Origin: Candidatus Zambryskibacteria bacterium RIFOXYC1_FULL_39_10
GTDB lineage: Bacteria > Patescibacteriota > Minisyncoccia > Phycocordibacterales > WO2-35-19
Assembly (NCBI GenBank): GCA_001824275.1
Contig: MHWW01000009.1
Coordinates: 1 to 62,983 of the forward strand
Reading direction: 5' to 3'
Length of the DNA stretch: 62,983 nucleotides
Positions within the stretch are counted from its first letter, which is position 1. Each line of letters begins with the position of its first letter. The notes under the pieces were generated by a model. That model had not been told where the DNA came from. It saw only the letters and a list, made by a program, of their open reading frames with translations, and ran no database searches. Below, piece by piece: positions 46,533-57,033 of this stretch. The translations under genes were made by a program, and so were the position numbers.

Positions 46533-49500
46533 ATGACCATTAGTTATACGAACACACACTTTAAAATACTGCGACTTTTCTCAGCTACCCTTTTGTTATC
46601 CTTGTTTGTGAACATTGGGTACTCTACCAAAACTTTTGCTGCTACCAGTACCTGGGATTTTTCTACAAGTGGCGACTATACTTTTGATTCGAGTACCATT
46701 GAAGTAACCAGCGGAAACGGAGCGCTTAAAGCCAAATCGGATTGGTATAATATTTCCTGGCCATACCGAAAAACCCTTACTATTGATGCTGATCAAGTAG
46801 GTACTGGTGGCGTAACTGATTTCCCGGTATACGTAGATCTAGCTACTGATGCTGACATTTCTACCAACGCGCGCGCTGATCGTGGCGACCTGGTGTTTAC
46901 AAGTTCAGACGGCACAACCAAACTAGCTCATGACATTGATCGATTCACTCAAGTCACCGATGACGGCATTTGGACCTGGTACAATGACCCGCGAGCTGTT
47001 CGTAGTGGCAACCGCACATTTATCGGCTACCTTTCCGAAGCAGGTAACGTAACAATTGCACAGTTTGATCACACAAGCAGAGTATGGTCTACCTTTACAC
47101 TCAAAGGTGCGTCGCAGGTAGACGACCACAATAACCCTGCTATTGCTATTTTGCCATCGGGTCGTATTGCCGTATTTTACGCGCAACACAACGGTAACGC
47201 CTATTACCGTGTCAGTACAAATGCAAATGATATTAGCGCATGGGGTTCGGAGATTAACTTACTAACAGCCACCGGCATGTCTGCGTCATGGAGTTATGTG
47301 AACCCACACGTCATGGATGATGGGACCACTTACCTATTCTGGCGCATGGATGTAGCTGGAGGATACTATTCAAAAGCAACCAGCGAGAACGACCTAATAG
47401 CGGGCACATGGCAAGCCGGCAAACAATATATTAGTGCTAACGACAGACCATATATGAAATTTTCGTCAGACGGCACACGAATACACATGATTGCCACTGA
47501 CGGTCACCCGGATGTGAACCCGAGCAATAGTGTGTATTACATGAAGTTAGAAAATGGAAATTTTTATAAAGTTGACGGAACACTTATTATAAGCGAAGCA
47601 ACTGTGTTTGCTGGTTCTCCTGTGACTACTGCAGAGATGGACAAGGTCTATGATGGCAGTGGTGCCAATGGTAGAGGGTGGACATGGGATGTTCATTATG
47701 ATGACAACAACTACCCAGTTATAGCCTATGTGGCATGGCCCGGTAGCACGAACACATCAGCGCCAGATAGCCGATATCGCTATGCGCGATGGGATGGTAG
47801 CGCGTGGGTAGACAACGAGATAACGCCAGGCGGTGGAGCATTTGGTATTACTACTGGCAACTCCCTCTCATATTTGCAACCATTCTACAATGGCGGTGTA
47901 GTGATTGATAGTGATAATCCAAGTATTGTTTACACCAGTCGCCAGCAGAATACTTCAGAATGGATTATTGAAAAGTGGACCACTGCAGACAACGGCTTAA
48001 GCTGGACATCAGAAACAATAAAGAGCAGCGGTTTTAATATTAGACCTTACTCGGTACGCAATGCCACAAGCGGAGCAGAACTTTCGCTATTGTGGGTAAA
48101 CCCAAAACGATATGTTGGCTATGTTGATTTTCGTGGCACCATTGAAACTTTGACAACAGGCGCTGTTCAAACTTTAAATGTAGCGACAGATGTACATGTA
48201 CGCGTACCCACAATCTCAAGTAGCGCGAATACCGCGCTCTATGTCTACTATGGAAATATGGATGCTACGGAACAAGCTTCGCCTCAGTCGGTCCGGAGCG
48301 GAAAATACGCGCATTTAAACCACCAAAGTCATGGCGCTTCAACAAAAGTGGGTACCGCTAAAACATATGTTGGAGGTACAACAAAAGGAGAATCATTTAA
48401 CGGACTTAACATTAGTGGAGATTCAAAGCTCACTATTATGGCATGGGTCAACGCAAGTGGCGGATACATAGTCAACTCCTGGCATTCCATCAGCGTAGTT
48501 TCCGGCGTAATTTTTCGTATTGTTTCTGGTACGTTAAACGGGTTTATACGCACTTCAAGCGGAACCAGCCTGGGTGGAAATTTTCCTGGCGCAACATATA
48601 CAGCAGACACATGGCAACATGTAGCGCTGGTTTACGACAAAGATGATGGTGGACTAAAAGCCTACCATAATGGAGTGATTAGCCCCACTTCATACCCATC
48701 GACCGAAGCATTTAGCAGCAACTCTAGTAGGATTTTCACCATTGGTTATAGCACACACGCGGATACAAATTGGCTAGTTGGATCACTTGATGAAGTGGCA
48801 ATACTATCAGAAACTGCACTGTCGGCAGCAGATATTCTGACTGTTTATAATAACCAAAATTCAACCTCCACTTTTTATTCACTGGCTTCAGAAGAGACGC
48901 TTTATCATTCCTCCCAACCCACCGTGACTCCTTCTTCCGCTCTTTCTGTCACTTCCCTTTCTGGTTTTACTGAAAGCGCTAACACGAATGGCGGAGCAAT
49001 CAAATACCAGCTTTCCAATGACGACGGAACTACCTGGTATTGGTATGACGATGGCTGGACCACCACAAGCTCTGGCTACAGCGAGACCAATACGGCTACC
49101 GAAATTAATAGCAATATTTCTTCTTTTCCTATTGGAAATGGTCAATTTGTATTCAAAGCTTACTTAAATTCTGATGGTACCCAACTTGTACAGCTTAGTG
49201 AAATAAATGTAACATATTCAAATGAGCAACCTTCTTCCGACCCAACTCCAGTTAATACGAGTGTTAATACGAGTGGCGGGCACTCAAGACAAAGAGCTAT
49301 TGATTTGGGTCTAATTCCACAACCGATAGATACCCAAGTTGTCACCCCCACAAATTCAACACCAATTGAAACCTCACAAACCCAAAACCAGCTTAAAGGG
49401 CCTTTTACCAAAACTCTTAGATATAAAATGGTAGATCCCAATGTTAGACGTTTGCAAATATTCCTAAATCAAGATCCAGACACTCGACTTGATGAAAAAC

Positions 49501-49685
49501 GGGCTGGTTCACCAGGCAAAGAAACTGACTTTTTTGGACCTAAAACCCGCGCCGCCGTTATAAGATTTCAAGAAAAATATGGTAAGGATATTTTGTCTCC
49601 TTGGAATTTATTTCGAGGCACTGGATATATCGGTGAGACTACATTAGCCAAAATTAACGAACTAATCAGCAAAACAGCCGAATGA
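46533..49685 (+). CDS. Secreted multidomain protein: split DUF2341-like, BNR/beta-propeller, LamG-like, C-terminal peptidoglycan-binding-like
   Basis: Signal peptide, WPYRKTLTI..GDLVFT, DDHNNPAI, TTADNGLSW, WQHVALVY, GSLDEVAI, FGPKTRAAVIRFQ. Confidence 0.72.
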   Translation: MTISYTNTHFKILRLFSATLLLSLFVNIGYSTKTFAATSTWDFSTSGDYTFDSSTIEVTSGNGALKAKSDWYNISWPYRKTLTIDADQVGTGGVTDFPVYVDLATDADISTNARADRGDLVFTSSDGTTKLAHDIDRFTQVTDDGIWTWYNDPRAVRSGNRTFIGYLSEAGNVTIAQFDHTSRVWSTFTLKGASQVDDHNNPAIAILPSGRIAVFYAQHNGNAYYRVSTNANDISAWGSEINLLTATGMSASWSYVNPHVMDDGTTYLFWRMDVAGGYYSKATSENDLIAGTWQAGKQYISANDRPYMKFSSDGTRIHMIATDGHPDVNPSNSVYYMKLENGNFYKVDGTLIISEATVFAGSPVTTAEMDKVYDGSGANGRGWTWDVHYDDNNYPVIAYVAWPGSTNTSAPDSRYRYARWDGSAWVDNEITPGGGAFGITTGNSLSYLQPFYNGGVVIDSDNPSIVYTSRQQNTSEWIIEKWTTADNGLSWTSETIKSSGFNIRPYSVRNATSGAELSLLWVNPKRYVGYVDFRGTIETLTTGAVQTLNVATDVHVRVPTISSSANTALYVYYGNMDATEQASPQSVRSGKYAHLNHQSHGASTKVGTAKTYVGGTTKGESFNGLNISGDSKLTIMAWVNASGGYIVNSWHSISVVSGVIFRIVSGTLNGFIRTSSGTSLGGNFPGATYTADTWQHVALVYDKDDGGLKAYHNGVISPTSYPSTEAFSSNSSRIFTIGYSTHADTNWLVGSLDEVAILSETALSAADILTVYNNQNSTSTFYSLASEETLYHSSQPTVTPSSALSVTSLSGFTESANTNGGAIKYQLSNDDGTTWYWYDDGWTTTSSGYSETNTATEINSNISSFPIGNGQFVFKAYLNSDGTQLVQLSEINVTYSNEQPSSDPTPVNTSVNTSGGHSRQRAIDLGLIPQPIDTQVVTPTNSTPIETSQTQNQLKGPFTKTLRYKMVDPNVRRLQIFLNQDPDTRLDEKRAGSPGKETDFFGPKTRAAVIRFQEKYGKDILSPWNLFRGTGYIGETTLAKINELISKTAE

Positions 49686-49719
49686 TCAGCCATACACTAA
49701 CGTCACAACCAAAAAAATG

Positions 49720-49792
49720 TGCCGAGGGGCGGGCTCGAACCGCCGACATCTTCCTCTTCAGGGAAGCGCTACTACCACTGAGCTACCTCGGC
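49720..49792 (-). tRNA. tRNA-Phe(GAA)
   Basis: GCCGAGG/CCTCGGC, CTTCC-CTGAAGA-GGAAG. Confidence 0.92.
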
Positions 49793-49885
49793 ATTTAACA
49801 ATTTACCTAACTATAATAGCAAAAATATTAACTTTATCAACAAAATACCTTATTCTGGTATAGCATAGTATGTTATACTGAGTGT

Positions 49886-50272
49886 ATGATAAAAGAGAAA
49901 ACAATTTGCAGATTATGCGGAAATAAGTTTGAAAATTATGAATATAGAAATAGAGCGAGGTGTGGATCGTGTAATACAAAAATTAGAAGATTTAGAGCAA
50001 AGGCGGCAGCCATTAAACTCCTCGGAGGAAAATGTCAAAAATGTGGCTGGCACGGAAATCAGGCCGCTCTTCAATTTCATCACAAAAACACTAAGGAAAA
50101 AGATTTTATTATTGGAAGTGTAGCAAATAAAAGCTGGGACTCAATTAAAAATGAAATGCAAAAATGTATTTTGCTATGTGCAAACTGTCATATGATTGAA
50201 CACAGCACAAAAAATGATGAGAAATTTATGAAAGAAGCATTGAATTACAAAGGGAGAACCTTAAAATTTTAA
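49886..50272 (+). CDS. HNH endonuclease with N-terminal Cys pairs
   Basis: CRLC, CGSC, LGGKCQKCG..ALQFHH..KCILLCANCH. Confidence 0.85.
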   Translation: MIKEKTICRLCGNKFENYEYRNRARCGSCNTKIRRFRAKAAAIKLLGGKCQKCGWHGNQAALQFHHKNTKEKDFIIGSVANKSWDSIKNEMQKCILLCANCHMIEHSTKNDEKFMKEALNYKGRTLKF

Positions 50273-50277
50273 AATTT

Positions 50278-50529
50278 TCAATTCGGTTTGAACATATCAC
50301 CAAAACTCTTGAGGTCACCCTTTACGTTGCCATAAGCATTAACCGCGCTGTCTAAATAAGGTTCAATGTAGTAATAGATACCCACCGCAGCGCCCAATAA
50401 AATCACCCAGTAAATCCCTCTGAATATCCTACCCCAAAACATACTGCGACGAAGTGAATGCAGCATTTTATTGTTCTCTTGAGCGAGCTCAAGGGTCTTT
50501 TTAAGCATTTCTTTTTCTTCGGGTTGCAT
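50278..50529 (-). CDS. Small hypothetical membrane protein
   Basis: ENNKML..RRS, one TM helix. Confidence 0.7.
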   Translation of the reverse strand: MQPEEKEMLKKTLELAQENNKMLHSLRRSMFWGRIFRGIYWVILLGAAVGIYYYIEPYLDSAVNAYGNVKGDLKSFGDMFKPN

Positions 50530-50569
50530 TGGTTAATTATATCACCTCATTAAATATCTACCATCATTT

Positions 50570-50768
50570 CTAACCTCACCCTTTCCCTCTCCTTACTTTA
50601 AGGAGAGGGAAACACATATTTACAACTCTCAGATTTATTTATGTTGCGCGATTTCCCCCTTAAGGTAAGGGGTGAGAATGCGGAGCATTTGCAAGACTTT
50701 TTGAGATATTTTTATATAATTAAAATATCCAAAAAGTATACAGTCCCTGTAAGGGATTAAGGGGGTTA
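50570..50768. mobile_element. Longer degenerate member of the palindromic element family
   Basis: CTAACCTCACCC left end, CCCTCTCCTTA-CTT-TAAGGAGAGGG hairpin, GGGGGTTA right end providing the glutaredoxin stop. Confidence 0.55.
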
Positions 50769-50999
50769 GACACCAAGAAGTGAAGAAATTTGAGGTTGAT
50801 CAAAACCGATGATAACTTGACCATCTATCATAATAACCGGCACACCCATTTGACCAGTTTTATCAAACATTTCTTGCCTTTTTTCCACATCTGCCAAAAC
50901 GTCATACTCAGTGTAGGCTATCCCTTTTTCCTTCAAAAAATCTTTGGCCAAGTGGCAGAAGTGACAAGTCGGCGTTGAATATATTTTTACATCTTTCAT
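50766..50999 (-). CDS. Glutaredoxin/NrdH-like protein
   Basis: YSTPTCHFC, GQMGVPVI, IIGFD. Confidence 0.9.
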   Translation of the reverse strand: MKDVKIYSTPTCHFCHLAKDFLKEKGIAYTEYDVLADVEKRQEMFDKTGQMGVPVIMIDGQVIIGFDQPQISSLLGV

Positions 51000-51115
51000 A
51001 TTATTTAAATTAATTTATAATTTTTTTACAACTTACAAGAGGTTCATTCTAGCATAAGTATCAAATGCGTCAAAACAGAAACGAACCCGCCAAGTTTTGA
51101 CGGGTTCTTATTTTT

Positions 51116-51607
51116 CTAGTGACGCTTCCACTCGTACTTTTCACCTTTGCGCAGTGCGTCAGCCATCTTAAGTTCATCAAGAATACCGTCAATAAGATCA
51201 TAGTTTTCGGCCTCAGTGGCACTAACCCATTCACATTTATCGGTCTCATCTTCTTGCAGTTTTACTTCACCACTTTTAAAATCAGCAAGACAAGAGATAA
51301 CTACTGAAGCCGCACCGTCTTTGTGTTCAGTCGCCAAGGATGTCACATAACGCACATGCTCAATCTCAAGCCCAACCTCCTCTTTGATTTCCCTAGTTAG
51401 GGCCTTTTCCAAAACATTGTACCAGTAATGCTCAGTCTCTTTGGGATAGCCCATAAAGTCTTCGGGGTCCAGATGCCCTCCTGGGACTGTCCACATCCCT
51501 GGAAATCGCTTTTTGTTTGGAGAACGACGAGTAATAAGGTATTTGCCCTCCTTATTAGCAATTATCGCCGTTATTACTACTTCAAATGGAACATATTCTT
51601 TTGCCAT
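51116..51607 (-). CDS. NUDIX hydrolase
   Basis: PGG..ALTREIKEEVGL Nudix box. Confidence 0.85.
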   Translation of the reverse strand: MAKEYVPFEVVITAIIANKEGKYLITRRSPNKKRFPGMWTVPGGHLDPEDFMGYPKETEHYWYNVLEKALTREIKEEVGLEIEHVRYVTSLATEHKDGAASVVISCLADFKSGEVKLQEDETDKCEWVSATEAENYDLIDGILDELKMADALRKGEKYEWKRH

Positions 51608-51658
51608 ATGATTTTGCGAAATCATGTCGCACGATACCGTCCTTTGGAGTGCGACTTT
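51605..51658 (-). repeat. Double-hairpin leader repeat, copy before NUDIX
   Basis: About 53-bp near-identical to 52223-52275; GTCGCAC/GTGCGAC and ATGATTT/AAATCAT stems. Confidence 0.8.
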
Positions 51659-51667
51659 AATTAAAAA

Positions 51668-52225
51668 TTAAAACTGAACTTTAACTGGTTCACGAGCCGC
51701 TTCATTGCCTTCCAAATCAAAAAATTCCATTTTAGAAAAACTAAATGTCTTGGCGACAAAGTTTGATGGAAAGGTGTCGGTCGCAATATTTAGGTCACGA
51801 ACATTGGTATTGTAAAATCTTCGAGCGGCTTGGATTTTATTTTCTGTATCAGCAAGTTCTCTTTGTAATTCCAAAAAATTTTGATTAGCTTTCAAATCAG
51901 GATAAGCTTCAGCCACCGCAAAAAGGGATTTGAGTGCATTGCCGAGCATATTTTCCGCTCCAGCTTTTTCGGCGAGTGAGCCAGCGCCCATCGCCATCGC
52001 TCGAGCTTTGGTCACATTTTCAAAAGCCGTTGATTCGTGAGTAGCATAACCTTTGACAGTGCTAACAAGATTTGGAATGAGGTCATAACGGCGCTTCATT
52101 TGAACTTCAATATCACTCCAAGCCTCTTTGGCTCTGGTGATGAGACGGATAAATTTGTTATAAGCAAAAATAAACCAAAAAACGGCAATGGCTACAAGTA
52201 TTAAAACAACGGTTGAAAATGTCAT
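51668..52225 (-). CDS. lemA: LemA family protein
   Basis: AWSDIEVQMKRRYDLIPNLV, AEAYPDLKANQNF, ARRFYN. Confidence 0.93.
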   Translation of the reverse strand: MTFSTVVLILVAIAVFWFIFAYNKFIRLITRAKEAWSDIEVQMKRRYDLIPNLVSTVKGYATHESTAFENVTKARAMAMGAGSLAEKAGAENMLGNALKSLFAVAEAYPDLKANQNFLELQRELADTENKIQAARRFYNTNVRDLNIATDTFPSNFVAKTFSFSKMEFFDLEGNEAAREPVKVQF

Positions 52226-52275
52226 ATGATTTTGCGAAATCATGTCGCACGATACGTCAATTGGAGTGCGACTTT
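52223..52275 (-). repeat. Double-hairpin leader repeat, copy before lemA
   Basis: See 51605-51658. Confidence 0.8.
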
Positions 52276-52337
52276 TTTCACTATTAATTATAATTAGAAG
52301 TATCATAGCATAAAAAATTAATTATGGAAAAAAGAAG

Positions 52338-52514
52338 AGCCCCTCAAATTTATGGTTTGAGGGGCTTAGCTTAACGGAACACGGTCTTCATTATACACTG
52401 ACCAGCGCGTCGGGGGTTTGTTGTCCCCCCGGCGGCTGGGGCTCTTGCTGTAGCGCGGACATCTGATAACGCGCCATCTACCTACTATTATAGCAAATCC
52501 ACAGAATCTGTCAA
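52338..52514 (-). other. Small promoter/terminator-bounded unit (GC-rich sRNA or 28-aa ORF 52391-52477)
   Basis: TTGACA(52514-52509)-N16-TATAAT(52492-52487); terminator stem 52338-52366 plus T-run. Confidence 0.5.
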
Positions 52515-52611
52515 CCCCTTTTTGCATTTTCTTTTTTTAAGCACCAAAAAATGGCTTTGTTGAGCCATTTTTTGATTTATGATTATAATTAATCTCCTGC
52601 CAGCTTCTTAT

Positions 52612-52760
52612 TCTAACCTTCCCCCTTCCCCTTCCTTACCTTAAGGAAGGGGTGACTGTTATTTATTATTCTCTCTGAACTATAGAACTAGTTGCACGGT
52701 ACCCTCCTTAAAGTAAGGAGGGTCGACACGAAGTGCGGGGAGGTTAGGTTTAGGGAGGCT
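52612..52760. repeat. Palindromic element-family remnants downstream of groEL
   Basis: CCCCTTCCTTA-CCT-TAAGGAAGGGG and CCCTCCTTA-AAG-TAAGGAGGG hairpins, CTAACC/GGTTAG ends. Confidence 0.55.
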
Positions 52761-52771
52761 GTTCGAGTTTT

Positions 52772-54421
<1,650 letters not shown>

Positions 54422-54440
54422 TTATTCGTTAATAAATTCG

Positions 54441-54821
54441 CTACTTCGTATTAATTATCGCTAATATATTTTCTTCTTTTAAAATATAATATTCTTCTCC
54501 ATCAAGCTTAACTTCATCATAACCGTATCTGGAAAATACTACTTTGTCGCCCACTTTGACTGAAAGAGGAATCTTCACTCCATCGTCCCACTTGCCATCA
54601 CCGACCGCCACAACAATACCTTGCTCGGGTTTCTCTTTGCTAACTGTATCAGGAATAATGATTCCCGAAGAAGTAGTGTTTAAATCTTCTGCCAAAATTG
54701 GTTTAAGCAGAATCTTATCAGCTAACGGCTTGATACCGAAATCCTGTTTAGGACTAACTTTTTTGACTGTTTTTTTGCTTTTCTTTACGATTTTTGCCTT
54801 CTTTTTCATTATTTTTTTCAT
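54441..54821 (-). CDS. groS: Co-chaperonin GroES with Lys-rich N-terminal extension
   Basis: IKPLADKIL, SGIIIPD, VAVGDG, VKVGDKV, ILAII. Confidence 0.93.
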   Translation of the reverse strand: MKKIMKKKAKIVKKSKKTVKKVSPKQDFGIKPLADKILLKPILAEDLNTTSSGIIIPDTVSKEKPEQGIVVAVGDGKWDDGVKIPLSVKVGDKVVFSRYGYDEVKLDGEEYYILKEENILAIINTK

Positions 54822-54948
54822 ATTTTAATATAATTATTAGATCTGATAAGCGTCAGTATTATAGTATATTTTCATACTATTGCAAGAGTTTGAAGCAAAA
54901 AATATTTGCAAGAAATTGCCAATATGCTACACTATCCTCAACAAAGAA

Positions 54949-55161
54949 ATGCTGTCATACATCCAAATAATACTGGCGGTTGTGCTCACTGTACTTATAT
55001 TGATTCAGCAATCTGAAGGCTCTTTGGGAGCCGCTTTTGGCGGTAGTGGGATGGATAGCGTCTCACGAACTAGACGCGGTCCGGAACTTTGGATTTTTAG
55101 AGGTACTATCATCGTCGCTTGTCTTTTTGTTGCTTCAACTCTCTTGAATTTGATATACTAA
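54949..55161 (+). CDS. secG: Preprotein translocase subunit SecG
   Basis: LILIQQSEGSLGAAFGG..TRRG, two TM helices. Confidence 0.85.
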   Translation: MLSYIQIILAVVLTVLILIQQSEGSLGAAFGGSGMDSVSRTRRGPELWIFRGTIIVACLFVASTLLNLIY

Positions 55162-55267
55162 AATTTCACTAAACATATCTACCTAAAATCCCGTTAGAAG
55201 TCGCGGAAATAAAAAACGGGATAATTTATGAAAAATTCTATTAATTAATAAACTTCGAATTACGATA

Positions 55268-57031
55268 ATGAAATTTCCTACTTCTAACGGGAAAAACAAA
55301 ATAGTATCCTTTTTTAGTGCCCTTTTTGTCGACCTACGACATTTTAATTTGTTAACAAAAATTGAAAAGGTAGTAGCAAAAATGAGTATTTCAGAAAAAA
55401 TATTTTTTTATATTGTTTCTTTTGTTGTGGTTATAAGTAGTTTGATTCTATTGTTTCGCCTTAACAACACATTTCTAGTTGAGGTTCCAAGCTATGGCGG
55501 TAATTTTACTGAGGGTCTTATCGGCTCACCCCGCTTCATCAACCCCATTTTAGCTATTTCTGATACCGACAAAGACCTCTCTTCTATAATTTATTCTGGC
55601 CTGTTAAAAAATGGTGAAAATGGCGATTACGAACTTGACCTTGCTGAGCACTTTGAAGTAAGCGACGGCACTGTTTATAATTTTACTATTAAAGACAATG
55701 CCTACTTTCATGATGGCAGACGAGTGACGGCTGACGATATCATTTTCACAATTAACAAAATCTTAGACCCAGTTATTAAAAGTCCCAAAAAATCCACTTG
55801 GGAAGGTGTGTTGGTAGAAAAAATAAATGATAAAGAAATTAGGTTTACACTTAGCAAGCCTTATACTCCTTTTCTAAACGCTCTCACCATCGGTATATTA
55901 CCAAAACATATTTGGGAAAATGCTTCTTCTGAAGAATTCCCTTTCAGTCAATTTAACATTGACCCGATTGGTTCTGGTCCATACAAGATTGAAAAAATCA
56001 CTAGAAATTCTGGGTGTATACCCACCACAATCACCCTTGGTGCATGGAACAAATACGCTCTCGGTCGCCCAAATATCAAATCAATTAATTTCAAATTTTT
56101 CCAAAATGAAACTGCTCTCTTGAAGGCTTTTAACAATAAAGAGGTTCAGAGTATGGCCGGGTTAAGCCAAGTGGCGGCCCAACAAATCATTGCTGATAAA
56201 AAGTTGGTCAAAGAGACGACTTTACCAAGAGTTTTTGGAGTATTTTTCAATCAAAATGTGGCGCCAGTATTTTTGAACAAAGAAGTTAGAGAGGCTCTGA
56301 GTATCGCTACTCCCAAAAACAGAATTGTGGACGAAGCTCTGTCAGGTTTTGGTCGGGTCATCAACGGTCCGACACCTGATTCAACCGAAACAGATTTAGC
56401 AAAGGCAAACGGCAATATTGAAGAAGCCAAAACAATCCTCCTAGATGCTGGATGGAAACAAAACGAAAACGGTATTTTGGAAAAAAAGACCAAAACAGAA
56501 ACCATTGTCCTACGATTTTCGATTACGACCTCAGACACACCCGAGCTTAAAAAAACAGCTGAAATTTTGAAAGAAAGTTGGGGTCAAATCGGCGCCGATG
56601 TTGAAATAAAAGTTTTTGAGGCTGGCGATTTGAGTCAGAATGTTATAAAATCAAGAAAATACGACGCTCTCCTTTTCGGAGAAGTTGTTGGATCTCATAG
56701 CGACCTTTATCCATTTTGGCATTCATCGGAGAGGAATGACCCCGGGCTCAATATCTCCCTTTATACCAACATCACCGTTGATAAGATGCTTGAAGAAATC
56801 CAAAAAGAAACTGATCTTGAGCAAAAAAAAGCCAAAACAGCGACAATACTAAGTGAGATCAAAGATGATGTCCCTGCTATATTCTTATTTTCTCCATATT
56901 CTCTTTACGCCTCGGCTCCAAATGTAAAAAATATTCTAACAAAAGATGTCGCTTTTCAAAATGAAAGATTCTTATTTATTAGCAAATGGTATATAGAAAC
57001 AGACAAAGTCTGGAAAATTTTCTCAAATTAA
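55268..57031 (+). CDS. Peptide ABC-type substrate-binding protein (family 5) with N-terminal anchor
   Basis: YSGLL, FHDGRRVTADDIIFT, PIGSGPY, YDALLFG. Confidence 0.85.
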   Translation: MKFPTSNGKNKIVSFFSALFVDLRHFNLLTKIEKVVAKMSISEKIFFYIVSFVVVISSLILLFRLNNTFLVEVPSYGGNFTEGLIGSPRFINPILAISDTDKDLSSIIYSGLLKNGENGDYELDLAEHFEVSDGTVYNFTIKDNAYFHDGRRVTADDIIFTINKILDPVIKSPKKSTWEGVLVEKINDKEIRFTLSKPYTPFLNALTIGILPKHIWENASSEEFPFSQFNIDPIGSGPYKIEKITRNSGCIPTTITLGAWNKYALGRPNIKSINFKFFQNETALLKAFNNKEVQSMAGLSQVAAQQIIADKKLVKETTLPRVFGVFFNQNVAPVFLNKEVREALSIATPKNRIVDEALSGFGRVINGPTPDSTETDLAKANGNIEEAKTILLDAGWKQNENGILEKKTKTETIVLRFSITTSDTPELKKTAEILKESWGQIGADVEIKVFEAGDLSQNVIKSRKYDALLFGEVVGSHSDLYPFWHSSERNDPGLNISLYTNITVDKMLEEIQKETDLEQKKAKTATILSEIKDDVPAIFLFSPYSLYASAPNVKNILTKDVAFQNERFLFISKWYIETDKVWKIFSN

Positions 57032-57033
57032 AT

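Noticed and set aside
4416-52514. Systematic 16-bp promoter spacer
   Set aside because: Three TTGACA promoters show 16 bp but others (about 21285-21313 and 22652-22680) show 17 bp; too few cases.
54822-54880. CIRCE operator upstream of groES or clpB
   Set aside because: No TTAGCACTC-N9-GAGTGCTAA-like sequence found.
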